Positions 40,084 to 48,452 of a stretch of 63,999 nucleotides of DNA are shown here, in pieces. Both the position numbers and the translations under genes were made by a program. The notes below the pieces were generated by a model. It had not been told where the DNA came from, made no database searches, and worked only from the letters and a program-made list of their open reading frames with translations. Location: IMG/VR virus record IMGVR_UViG_3300030101_003107, positions 1-63,999 of that record; one strand, 5' to 3'. The stretch is from a virus (Duplodnaviria > Caudoviricetes). Positions within the stretch are counted from its first letter, which is position 1, and each line of letters opens with the position of its first letter.

Positions 40084-40506
40084 TTATTTTTCTTTTATTT
40101 GTTCGTTTTTCTTTGAACTTCCACCGAAGAAGAAGTCTATTATTGTATTTACTTTAGCGCTCATAGCACCAAATATTGTTGATATAAAGCTAATTTCAAA
40201 TTCACCTAGCTCTATAGTTTTTGTAACGAAATAATTAAACATTACAAATGTAATACCAAAATACGCTACGGTAAACAGTGTTGCTAATACTTTTTGAATA
40301 ACAGCATCGTCTTTATATAGATCACGCGCATCTTTACGATCTTCAACTTCTTTTGCAAAAGCTTCACGCTCCGCGTCTAATAATAATTTTTTTAAAGCTA
40401 ACTTAGCTTCGTCTCTTTCTTTATCTGTAGTTATTACTTTGTCGAGTATGCCTTCAGCATTATCAACTATTTTACCAAATAAACCACCTACTAAATTGTT
40501 TATCAT
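40084..40506 (-). CDS. Putative holin (3TM / GTA-holin-like)
   Basis: Amphipathic N-helix, ILDKVITTDKER, EDRKDAR, two TM helices, FFFGGSSKK tail. Confidence 0.7.
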   Translation of the reverse strand: MINNLVGGLFGKIVDNAEGILDKVITTDKERDEAKLALKKLLLDAEREAFAKEVEDRKDARDLYKDDAVIQKVLATLFTVAYFGITFVMFNYFVTKTIELGEFEISFISTIFGAMSAKVNTIIDFFFGGSSKKNEQIKEK

Positions 40507-40844
40507 ATTTTATCGTTTTCCCAAGGCAAGCTTCTATCACCTTCTTCGTATTTTTTACCTGTATTTGGATCTGTTATATAACCATCACCTCTTGGCCAGA
40601 CTTGGCCTTGGTGATATACAGCTTGATCGTCATAGGTAGTTCTACCTATCTTCATATCTGTTTGGTGTTGCACTTCATGTACAACAACTCTTTCAACTTC
40701 TTCTTCAGGTACATTAGTGTTTACGTATATAGAGCCATCGTTATTAGCTTCACCCATAATGCCATCAGCTAGCCTCTTCCTAAATATAGGTGTATTGCTA
40801 GAGCTTCTTATTTGTCTTTTTTCGCTACCTAGTTTAAATGCCAT
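40503..40844 (-). CDS. Small zincin-like metallopeptidase with MAFK leader
   Basis: GEANNDGSIYVN...VVVHEVQH (HExxH)...LPWE. Confidence 0.7.
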   Translation of the reverse strand: MAFKLGSEKRQIRSSSNTPIFRKRLADGIMGEANNDGSIYVNTNVPEEEVERVVVHEVQHQTDMKIGRTTYDDQAVYHQGQVWPRGDGYITDPNTGKKYEEGDRSLPWENDKI

Positions 40845-40845
40845 A

Positions 40846-41097
40846 TTATTTCATTGATCCCATATCGTAAGGATTTATTGCTTTAGTTGCTTTTCCTATA
40901 GTTTTATAATCTTTGTGAAGCTTATTATGAGCTTTACCTAAATTCTTTATACTTTCAAAAATAGTTCCAATAGCTCCTGGTGCTGTACCTGCTTTTGTTT
41001 TACCTTCACCTTCTTTTAAAGGTCTCAAAGCTCCCATATCTTCGTTTTTCATAGCTGAGCTTTTAAACCCGCTAAATCCTTTCATTTTAAATGCCAT
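40846..41097 (-). CDS. Small basic protein with MAFKMKGF leader
   Basis: First 8 aa identical to those of 44221..45114. Confidence 0.7.
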   Translation of the reverse strand: MAFKMKGFSGFKSSAMKNEDMGALRPLKEGEGKTKAGTAPGAIGTIFESIKNLGKAHNKLHKDYKTIGKATKAINPYDMGSMK

Positions 41098-41102
41098 AGT
41101 TG

Positions 41103-41543
41103 TTATCTTGTTGGATCTTTAATCATATCATCAATAGCCTTATTAAAGACTTTATCTGTATATGTTTTGTTATTGTAGAATACACTACGATCTGATACTG
41201 GCATGTCTTCTTCTCCGAGTAAGATACGATATATTCTACTTATAAGTTGGCTGCATTTAAATGAGGTTTTGAAGACGCTGTATTTAATCGTAGTTCGATT
41301 TCGATGACGCCAGACCTCTATCCAGCCTTTTTTTCTTAGTTTATCCCAACGCTTCTTGTCCCAGCTCATGGTATAAGTACCATCTATAAATTCTTGTCTT
41401 GTAAACCGACCTTGACAGTCTAAAAATATTAGTAATTCAAGTTCGGCATCTGTTAACCCGTAAGTCTTACAAGCCCACTTTCTAGTGAGCCTGTAATACT
41501 TAAGGATTTTTAATTCACGTAAATCGTGACTAGTTAATCTCAT
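41103..41543 (-). CDS. Winged-helix (MarR-like) DNA-binding protein
   Basis: YGLTDAELELLIFL...KLRKKGWIEV...wing...FKTSFK pattern. Confidence 0.6.
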   Translation of the reverse strand: MRLTSHDLRELKILKYYRLTRKWACKTYGLTDAELELLIFLDCQGRFTRQEFIDGTYTMSWDKKRWDKLRKKGWIEVWRHRNRTTIKYSVFKTSFKCSQLISRIYRILLGEEDMPVSDRSVFYNNKTYTDKVFNKAIDDMIKDPTR

Positions 41544-41548
41544 TGAGA

Positions 41549-41974
41549 TTAGTCTGCAGCAGCCTGTTGTGCAACGACAGTAATACCAGTAACTCCTGGA
41601 ATACTAGTAGTTGGATCAGCAGCTGGCTTATCAGCATAGCCATCAAAAAGAGTAATAAACCCTTCATCATGAGGACCAGCGTTGATAGCATTAATCAAGT
41701 CAATCATTACTCGCTTTTGCCCATATTGCCCGCAAGCTAGTACAATTACATCTGGATCTGCATCAGCAGCGTTGTCTTCTTGAGTTTGAGTCTTTAGTAT
41801 AGGCTTTAAAAATAACGAAATTGCGTTGTCGTCATCAGTAATAGCACCATTACCATCTGAAGTACCAGAACACATGCCCATGAAGTTTTCAACTGGGTAT
41901 AAGTTAGAACCCGTAGTGTTGTCACGTTCAGTAGCAGTTACTCCACCTACTCTAAAATAAAAAAACTTTTTCAT
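41549..41974 (-). CDS. Hypothetical acidic protein
   Basis: ORF preceded by an A-rich initiation region; function unknown. Confidence 0.65.
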   Translation of the reverse strand: MKKFFYFRVGGVTATERDNTTGSNLYPVENFMGMCSGTSDGNGAITDDDNAISLFLKPILKTQTQEDNAADADPDVIVLACGQYGQKRVMIDLINAINAGPHDEGFITLFDGYADKPAADPTTSIPGVTGITVVAQQAAAD

Positions 41975-42050
41975 TTTAATTTTTTTTAAGGATTAATAAT
42001 TAATTTTGTTTTAGATTTTGTGTTTAAAGTTTTAGGATTATGGTTTATGT

Positions 42051-42308
42051 TTAATCTACTAGTACAATATCACCTGCTTTGATAACAAAATAAAGCTTAC
42101 CTTCAAATTCTACTCCGTGACCAGCGTGTTTATCATACCAGACAACATCACCATCTTTTATAAATTCTATTAAATTACCAGTTGATATAACTTTACCTTT
42201 AGAATATCTAACGTCTTCGTCAGCATCTTCTTTAATAATTAAGCCAGCAACTTTCTTTTCTGTTTGTTTTATCTTATCGATAACTACATAATAATTAACT
42301 GCCTTCAT
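42051..42308 (-). CDS. groES: Co-chaperonin GroES
   Basis: KVAGLII mobile loop, KGKVISTG, IKDGDVVWY, GDIV; adjacent to groEL. Confidence 0.9.
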   Translation of the reverse strand: MKAVNYYVVIDKIKQTEKKVAGLIIKEDADEDVRYSKGKVISTGNLIEFIKDGDVVWYDKHAGHGVEFEGKLYFVIKAGDIVLVD

Positions 42309-43863
42309 TGATACGTATATTTGAAATTACACAATCAGCAGAAATTATTGTCGATGCTACTGAAGCAGCGTTAGTAAGTGCTGTTTTAGTAACAAGCACA
42401 GGGTCTATGATACCTTCAGATACCATGTCAACAGTTTTTCCAGTTACAACGTTAATGCCTTCACCTTCTTTAGTTGGTAAGTCTGTGTCTGTGGATATAC
42501 CTGCATTATCAAGTATTGTAGCCATAGGCGATATAATAGCGTTAGCTACCACTTGTTCACCGACCGTGTCGGTCGAAATTTTTTGAGATGCGTTAAAGAG
42601 GGCGATGCCGCCTCCTGGCACTATACCTTCTTTCAAAGCAGCTTTAACTGCGTACACAGCATCTTCAACACGATCTCTTTTTTCTTTTAACTCTACTTTA
42701 GAGTTAGCACCTACTTTAACTATAGCTACACTACCAGATAATATAGCAAGCCTGTCTTCTAGCTTCTTCTTCATAAAGCCGTTTTTCTCGTCAGCCACTA
42801 GCTTTGCAACATGATCAATACGTTCTTCTATATCTGAAGTTATCTCTTCTAACGTTATAACAGTATTTTTTTCATCAGTCTTAACAAATTCAGCTTCACC
42901 TAAATGTTCTGGAGTTATAGTATCAAGATCGTCGCCTAAGTCTTCATTAAATAATGTACAGCCAGTTAGTATGGCTACATCTTCACATGTGTCTTTTTTA
43001 GTAGGACCAAAACCAGGCAAGTCAATTATGTTAACTTTAATATTGCCTTTTACTTTGTTCATCATAAGCGCAGACTTAACTTGATCGGCTACTGGCGCTA
43101 TAATTAATAAAGATCTATTATTTTTAATAACATGCTCTAATACTTTTTGTATTTTACGTATGTTAGGTATTTCTGACATACACATTAATATTAGTGGATT
43201 ATCTAAATCACAGCATTGCTTGTCGGTATTAGTTACAAAGTTAGTGGAAATTAAGCCACAATCAAACTGAACACCGTCAACAGTCTCTACGTATGTTTCT
43301 TCTGTATCTGATGTTTCCATAAGTACAACACCGTCTTTACCTACAGTCTTATAAGCTTCTGCTATAATTCTACCTAGCTCTTGATCGTTATTACAGCTAA
43401 TACTAGCTACGTGATCTAACATATCATCATTAACTTCTATTTTAATAGAGTCAAGATATTTGATAATATTAGCTACAGCAGTGTCTATACCTTGCTTAAC
43501 ATCTCTAACATTATTAGTTTGTAATACTTTGTAGACTTCTTGAAGCAAGCTTTCAGCCAAGACGGTAGCCGTTGTGGTACCGTCACCCGCTTCCTTGACT
43601 GTTTTGCTTGCAGCTTCTTTAATGAGAGTGGCGCCAATGTTCTCTACGGGATCTAATAGTGTTACAGATTGCGCGACCGTAACACCATCTTTTGTGATCA
43701 CTGGCTTTCCTCGGCTATCTTCATAGATTACGCACTTGCCAGAAGCGCCGAGAGTTGATTTTACTGCCGATGCTAACTTATTAACACCAGCGATTATTCG
43801 GTTTTTGGCATTATCGCCAAAATTAAGCTCTTTTACGAGCTCACTCGGTAAATTATATTCCAT
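42295..43863 (-). CDS. groEL: Chaperonin GroEL
   Basis: ITKDGVTVA, AGDGTTTATVLA, GVQFDCG, KDRVEDA-like KRDRVEDA, GIVPGGG, GIIDP. Confidence 0.97.
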   Translation of the reverse strand: MEYNLPSELVKELNFGDNAKNRIIAGVNKLASAVKSTLGASGKCVIYEDSRGKPVITKDGVTVAQSVTLLDPVENIGATLIKEAASKTVKEAGDGTTTATVLAESLLQEVYKVLQTNNVRDVKQGIDTAVANIIKYLDSIKIEVNDDMLDHVASISCNNDQELGRIIAEAYKTVGKDGVVLMETSDTEETYVETVDGVQFDCGLISTNFVTNTDKQCCDLDNPLILMCMSEIPNIRKIQKVLEHVIKNNRSLLIIAPVADQVKSALMMNKVKGNIKVNIIDLPGFGPTKKDTCEDVAILTGCTLFNEDLGDDLDTITPEHLGEAEFVKTDEKNTVITLEEITSDIEERIDHVAKLVADEKNGFMKKKLEDRLAILSGSVAIVKVGANSKVELKEKRDRVEDAVYAVKAALKEGIVPGGGIALFNASQKISTDTVGEQVVANAIISPMATILDNAGISTDTDLPTKEGEGINVVTGKTVDMVSEGIIDPVLVTKTALTNAASVASTIISADCVISNIRINEGS

Positions 43864-43889
43864 TATATTAAATTAAATTAGGTTTTTTA

Positions 43890-44186
43890 CTATTTTTTGA
43901 ACGATTTTACAACTTTTGGGCCTTTTGTAGCCTCTAGTTTTTTAGTAAAATGCTCAATACTACCGTCTATCGCAGATTCTGCGCCTTCTAAAGTCTCTCT
44001 ACGCGTAACATCTGACCATTTGTCAGCATCGTCAGGGTGATTTACTTCAGTTTGGTAGTAACCATTAGGTAATTGGGTTATTCGCCAGTTTTCTTTGTTG
44101 GCAAGGTGTTCCCATTGGCCCTTGGTTTTGTCATTAATTTGTGGATTTCCGGTCCACGTACTAGTTTTATAATACAAATACGTCAT
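43890..44186 (-). CDS. Conserved hypothetical phage protein
   Basis: WRITQLPNGYYQTE...DVTRRETLEGAE; A-rich initiation region. Confidence 0.7.
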   Translation of the reverse strand: MTYLYYKTSTWTGNPQINDKTKGQWEHLANKENWRITQLPNGYYQTEVNHPDDADKWSDVTRRETLEGAESAIDGSIEHFTKKLEATKGPKVVKSFKK

Positions 44187-44220
44187 TTTGGTTTTATTTA
44201 TTGGTTAATAATTAGTTTTG

Positions 44221-45114
44221 TTAAAATCTTGCTTTAGGCTTTTTAGGCGATTTAGGCGTTTTAGGCTTATTTACATTCATAGTAGGCTTTGGTGTTTTAG
44301 GAACCATACTACTGTGTGGCACTGCTGTTACAGTCTTACCGCTTAATGTAGCTTTAAGAACTTTGCCAGCTTCTTTTAAGTTTGCTAATGAAAAATATTT
44401 ATCTTTACCGTTTTTCATAGGAGTTTTCATTTTCATAGCTTCATCTTTCTTCATCTTCATAGCCTCACCTTTCTTCATTTTCATTGGCTTTTCTTTTAAC
44501 TTCATAGCCGGATCTTTTTTCATAGGCTTAGCAGATTTACCACCTTCACGACTGATAGGCGTTCTATAGTTAGTCTCAGGGTCCATCTCTACCTGATTAT
44601 ACTTTTTGCCTTCAAAAGGCTTGTAAGCCATGTCGTGACCTGGGTTTTTTCTGTTAAACTCATTTCTCTTTTTTATGTAATCTTTGTACGCAGTTGTTTT
44701 AGAGTATTTATAATGAGGCTTGCTAGTATCAAGTTCAGCAATAACCTTACTTTTTTTCTTTTTCCCTTCGTCATCTTTCATAGGAGTTTTCTCTTCTTTC
44801 ATCTTCATCGGCTCCTTCATCTTCATCGCTTTTTCTTCTTTCATCTTCATAGTAGACTTAAGCTTCATAGCTTTTTCTTTCATTTTGTCAGGAGAGCTGC
44901 CAGATTTAACAGAAGCTGTAGCAGACTTAATAGACTCTGTTGTATTGCCATCACCGTCTACATCTGGAAAGTCAGGCATAGCTTTTTTCTTCATTGCAGC
45001 TTCTTCTTTAAGCTTCATAGCTTTCTCTGCTTTCATTTTTTTAGCAGACTCAACTGCCATTTTCATAGGTTTAGTTCCGCCGATCATTGGGAACCCTTTC
45101 ATTTTAAATGCCAT
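44221..45114 (-). CDS. Lys/Met-rich repeat protein with MAFKMKGF leader
   Basis: About 13 [PA]MK units; DVDGDGNTTE loop; first gene of the late arm. Confidence 0.8.
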   Translation of the reverse strand: MAFKMKGFPMIGGTKPMKMAVESAKKMKAEKAMKLKEEAAMKKKAMPDFPDVDGDGNTTESIKSATASVKSGSSPDKMKEKAMKLKSTMKMKEEKAMKMKEPMKMKEEKTPMKDDEGKKKKSKVIAELDTSKPHYKYSKTTAYKDYIKKRNEFNRKNPGHDMAYKPFEGKKYNQVEMDPETNYRTPISREGGKSAKPMKKDPAMKLKEKPMKMKKGEAMKMKKDEAMKMKTPMKNGKDKYFSLANLKEAGKVLKATLSGKTVTAVPHSSMVPKTPKPTMNVNKPKTPKSPKKPKARF

Positions 45115-45150
45115 TGTTTATATTTTTTTTAGTTATAACGTTATAAAATA

Positions 45151-45159
45151 GTAATCACA
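45151..45159 (-). promoter_or_regulatory. Candidate late promoter box TGTGATTAC at the head of the minus arm
   Basis: Variant of the TGTAATAAT box, 36 nt upstream of ATG 45114. Confidence 0.4.
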
Positions 45160-45326
45160 TATTTTATAGTATTATAAATATTGAAGTAAAGTGTAGCCCC
45201 ACCTATATACTCGTACTTACTCTGTAGAAAATTGTTTGTAGTTTACCTAGGCCCCCTATTTTATTTTTATATGTGTAAAAGTTTTTGCGTTTTTACATTT
45301 TACATATTACTATACTATACTTTTTT

Positions 45327-45356
45327 ACAGACTAGTTACGACATGTATTGGATAAT
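45327..45356 (+). promoter_or_regulatory. Early promoter motif, copy 1
   Basis: ACAGACTAGTTACGA-catgtat-TGGATAAT. Confidence 0.8.
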
Positions 45357-45394
45357 ATATATGTAAATAAAATATAAACTTAAACTAAATTATT

Positions 45395-45625
45395 ATGTCA
45401 CAAGAAACATTAACTAAAAAAAGATTTGTAATATCAAAGTCACTAATCGGTAAAAATGTATTAATTACTTTTACAAATAAAAAAGGTGAAACATATACAT
45501 ATGACCACGACGCAGTATACAGTGCAAATCAAGAAAAGTTTGAAACAATGAATTGTTTTCAAAAGTACGGAAATTATACTAATAGTAATAATGTACCAAC
45601 ATTCGGTCGTAAGTTCACAGTGTAA
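45395..45625 (+). CDS. Early hypothetical protein
   Basis: First ORF of the plus arm, after motif copy 1. Confidence 0.75.
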   Translation: MSQETLTKKRFVISKSLIGKNVLITFTNKKGETYTYDHDAVYSANQEKFETMNCFQKYGNYTNSNNVPTFGRKFTV

Positions 45626-45627
45626 AA

Positions 45628-45678
45628 ACTGTGACACTTGCCACCTACTATACTTTACTTAACAACCTAATGTCACAC
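45628..45678. promoter_or_regulatory. Spaced inverted repeat TGTGACA-N34-TGTCACA (operator or origin-like), copy 1
   Basis: Arms at 45630-45636 and 45671-45677; similar element at 52470-52519. Confidence 0.6.
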
Positions 45679-45817
45679 TATTATGATACATGATTTAATA
45701 ATACTAATAACACTCGGAATAATTTTACAATATATTGAAAAGTTAATTGTAGAAAAAGAGAGTGAGCGGAATAACTCTTAACTAAATTTATTAACTAAAC
45801 AAAGTAACTACTTTTAT

Positions 45818-45847
45818 ACAAACTAAATACGACTCAAGTTGGATAAT
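45818..45847 (+). promoter_or_regulatory. Early promoter motif, copy 2
   Basis: ACAAACTAAATACGA-ctcaagt-TGGATAAT. Confidence 0.85.
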
Positions 45848-45875
45848 AATAATGTAAATAATAAATAATAATAAT

Positions 45876-46052
45876 ATGACTGAAAAAGAATACCTTGAAA
45901 GAGATAAACTCGCACTTGAACTAATGGAAAAGTTAGACAAAAAGTATAACATGAACAATATAATTTCACTTGATGAATATGTATATGAATACTTTAATTT
46001 ACTAACAGAAAATGAAAAAACTAAATGTTTTGAAATAATTGAAATTAACTAA
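45876..46052 (+). CDS. Small early protein (58 aa, not in ORF track)
   Basis: MTEKEYLERDKLALELMEKLDKKY... follows motif copy 2. Confidence 0.65.
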   Translation: MTEKEYLERDKLALELMEKLDKKYNMNNIISLDEYVYEYFNLLTENEKTKCFEIIEIN

Positions 46053-46066
46053 TAAAATAATATACT

Positions 46067-46291
46067 ATGTCAAACTTTAAATCAGACTCATCAACTAATA
46101 TAATTAAATTAAATAACCAAACTTATATTCCATTTCAACTTCACCAATTACCGAAGTACTATAATGAAATACCTTTATCAGAACAATTTAATTTAAAAGG
46201 TTACTGTTATATAAACTTAACTTCTTTAAAATCTCACAACAAAGATATTCATACTTTAAATAGAGACTTAGACTATACTCAAAGAAGATAA
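46067..46291 (+). CDS. Early hypothetical protein
   Basis: ORF with A-rich leader. Confidence 0.65.
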   Translation: MSNFKSDSSTNIIKLNNQTYIPFQLHQLPKYYNEIPLSEQFNLKGYCYINLTSLKSHNKDIHTLNRDLDYTQRR

Positions 46292-46320
46292 CAAAATAAA
46301 TACGACTTAAACTGGATAAT
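46291..46320 (+). promoter_or_regulatory. Early promoter motif, copy 3
   Basis: ACAAAATAAATACGA-cttaaac-TGGATAAT. Confidence 0.85.
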
Positions 46321-46347
46321 ATAGATGAACTTAATAAAATAAATAAT

Positions 46348-46542
46348 ATGTCAAAGAAAATAATTAATAAGGTAGTAGATGAAACAGTAGATACAATAAT
46401 AGATAAAATAGATGAAGTACTAGTAGACTATATGTTTGACTATGGTAACTATGAAGAAACAGATAACAAGTTCTTTGATGATAAAGAAGAAATGTTTGTA
46501 CAGGTAATAAAAGAATTAAATAATAGAATAAATAATAAGTGA
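46348..46542 (+). CDS. Small acidic early protein
   Basis: Follows motif copy 3. Confidence 0.7.
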   Translation: MSKKIINKVVDETVDTIIDKIDEVLVDYMFDYGNYEETDNKFFDDKEEMFVQVIKELNNRINNK

Positions 46543-46543
46543 T

Positions 46544-46657
46544 ATGAAAGTAACTAATAAAATAACAGGTGAAGACATAACTAAATATGTTATCGGTTTA
46601 CTAGAAGGTTTAATTACTCAAGATGAGTTTGAAGAACTAACTATGTTAACAAAATAA
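46544..46657 (+). CDS. Small early protein (37 aa, not in ORF track)
   Basis: MKVTNKITGEDITKYVIGLLEGLITQDEFEELTMLTK fills the gap. Confidence 0.6.
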   Translation: MKVTNKITGEDITKYVIGLLEGLITQDEFEELTMLTK

Positions 46658-46678
46658 ATACGATTACTAATGGATAAT
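46649..46678 (+). promoter_or_regulatory. Early promoter motif, copy 4
   Basis: ACAAAATAAATACGA-ttactaa-TGGATAAT. Confidence 0.85.
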
Positions 46679-46687
46679 AATAATGAT

Positions 46688-46879
46688 ATGAAAATTAAAT
46701 TAAAAGAACTAGAGGCACTACTAATCAGTCACGACTGGTACTATATGATGAGTGATGATAACCGTTGGTATAAACAAGGTAGAAAATCATTTGAATTAAT
46801 AACTAAACTAATGTTTGAGTTGAAAGACGGTGGTTACTATACCGAAGCAAATAACTTATACGATAAATACAGTAAATAA
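46688..46879 (+). CDS. Early protein with HDWYYxMSDD motif
   Basis: Start moved from 46670 (inside the promoter motif) to ATG 46688; HDWYY..SDD recalled from small phage proteins. Confidence 0.7.
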   Translation: MKIKLKELEALLISHDWYYMMSDDNRWYKQGRKSFELITKLMFELKDGGYYTEANNLYDKYSK

Positions 46880-46880
46880 T

Positions 46881-47165
46881 ATGAAGAGAATTAAATTAAC
46901 AGTACTAACATTACTACTAGGTGGTATATGTTACGGTCAAACTCAAGTAAAAGACGACGCGTTAACTAAAAAAATGGCGTACATTGAATCAGTGAATACT
47001 ATTCAAGATATAATAGAGTGGATGAAGTCAGATATAGACAATGAAGTAATCGACAAAGATTACGGTGAAACGTACATAGAAAACTTAGTAGGTTTATTAT
47101 CAAGACTAGAAGATATTAATGCAGGTTACGTATTCGACTGCGAAAACTGCGATGAAATAGATTAA
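46881..47165 (+). CDS. Exported early protein
   Basis: From ATG 46881: signal peptide MKRIKLTVLTLLLGGICYG|Q; C-terminal CENC. Confidence 0.7.
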   Translation: MKRIKLTVLTLLLGGICYGQTQVKDDALTKKMAYIESVNTIQDIIEWMKSDIDNEVIDKDYGETYIENLVGLLSRLEDINAGYVFDCENCDEID

Positions 47166-47166
47166 T

Positions 47167-47373
47167 ATGACAATAACTATAAAACAAATCGGCAAAACTT
47201 ACAAGGTAAGTAACGATAATACAGTAGAAGTAACTCATGACCATGACGCGGTAGTGTCTGTATGTGGTGAATACTATAAAAACAAATACACAGGCGAGTG
47301 GTTAAGTGAGTTAGAAGCTGAGCAAGCAATGATAGATAAATACGAAGAAGATGAATCAAATAAGTACTACTAA
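47167..47373 (+). CDS. Early hypothetical protein
   Basis: Operon packing. Confidence 0.65.
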   Translation: MTITIKQIGKTYKVSNDNTVEVTHDHDAVVSVCGEYYKNKYTGEWLSELEAEQAMIDKYEEDESNKYY

Positions 47374-47433
47374 TGTTTGAGTGGGCATGGGTAATATGTG
47401 CCTGTTGGTACTTAGGAAATATAATATATAGAT

Positions 47434-47913
47434 ATGATAAAAAATAAATTTATAGCGTCAGCAGTAGTAGCTACTCTTGCGCTAACATCTTGCGAAAAAA
47501 CTGACTATGATGTTCAGTTTGACAGAGATACTCATGTAAAAATCATGAGCGATAACAGTGTAAGCACTTACGCAGTGTCAACTTGTACTGGTAACGATAC
47601 TAGTTTTGTAGTTGATTTTGGTGTTGCTATGTGTATAAATGTAGCAAACCTGCCTGGTATTGACGACGTTCGCTACGATGAGTATGAGTTCTATGCTATG
47701 CTTGATGGCAGAAAAGTAAAAGGTTTTCAAAACCTAAAAGACCAAGTTAGTAATCTAGCGCAAGGTATAATTGAAGGAAATATTAACATGCAACTTTCAG
47801 GTCATGACGACTTAGCTGTGTACTTATTACACGAAAATATGTATAAAGCTCAGTTCTTTGTAGAGAACGGTGATGGTCAAATCTTTGAGTTACAACTAAA
47901 AGAAGTTTACTAA
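47434..47913 (+). CDS. Lipoprotein
   Basis: MIKNKFIASAVVATLALTS|C lipobox followed by EKTDYD. Confidence 0.8.
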   Translation: MIKNKFIASAVVATLALTSCEKTDYDVQFDRDTHVKIMSDNSVSTYAVSTCTGNDTSFVVDFGVAMCINVANLPGIDDVRYDEYEFYAMLDGRKVKGFQNLKDQVSNLAQGIIEGNINMQLSGHDDLAVYLLHENMYKAQFFVENGDGQIFELQLKEVY

Positions 47914-48290
47914 TGAAAAAAATAACACTATCAGTTGCTCTACTATTAGGTAGTTTAGCGGCTAAAGCACAGACAGAATATATAGATATTACTAGTAAAA
48001 AACCGTTTGGCAGAAGTGAGATGGTGCTTTACAATGATGACACTAATTATTACGATTTAGAATACTTTTATTTAAGTAGATTTACTAAAAACTACCACTG
48101 GGTAAAGTATACTGACGCTAATAAAATTATTTTATCACTAAATGACGACAAAGGTGATAAGCGAGAAATATGTACTAAGCAAGATACTTTTAAAGTTTAC
48201 TGTCAAGTATATGATTCTTTTGCACAGCAATTGAAAATAAATGTATCAACTAAAGTATTTCAAGTATGGATTTCAAAACCTTTAAAATAA
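47913..48290 (+). CDS. Exported protein
   Basis: Signal peptide MKKITLSVALLLGSLAAKA|Q. Confidence 0.8.
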   Translation: MKKITLSVALLLGSLAAKAQTEYIDITSKKPFGRSEMVLYNDDTNYYDLEYFYLSRFTKNYHWVKYTDANKIILSLNDDKGDKREICTKQDTFKVYCQVYDSFAQQLKINVSTKVFQVWISKPLK

Positions 48291-48295
48291 TAATT

Positions 48296-48397
48296 ATGAG
48301 AAAATTTTCACACACAGATATAGTAATAGTAGCTGTTCCGGCTATACTTATTGCTTTAATAGTATTTAACATTATTACTGTTGGTATTCAATTTTAA
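48296..48397 (+). CDS. 33-aa single-TM peptide (not in ORF track)
   Basis: MRKFSHTDIVIVAVPAILIALIVFNIITVGIQF. Confidence 0.6.
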   Translation: MRKFSHTDIVIVAVPAILIALIVFNIITVGIQF

Positions 48398-48398
48398 T

Positions 48399-48428
48399 AC
48401 AAATTAAATACGATTACTATTGGATAAT
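48399..48428 (+). promoter_or_regulatory. Early promoter motif, copy 5
   Basis: ACAAATTAAATACGA-ttactat-TGGATAAT. Confidence 0.85.
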
Positions 48429-48452
48429 ATATATGACAAAAGCTTATTAAAT

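Noticed and set aside
1562-42814. Plus-strand ORFs inside the minus arm (e.g. 2645, 5314, 13590, 30385, 35711, 37343, 42308) and minus-strand ORFs inside the plus arm
   Set aside because: They lie antisense to well-supported genes, mostly have non-ATG or poor starts, and show no motifs.
44363-45151. Plus-strand Phe/Ile-rich ORFs as membrane proteins
   Set aside because: They are antisense shadows of the Lys/Met repeat gene.
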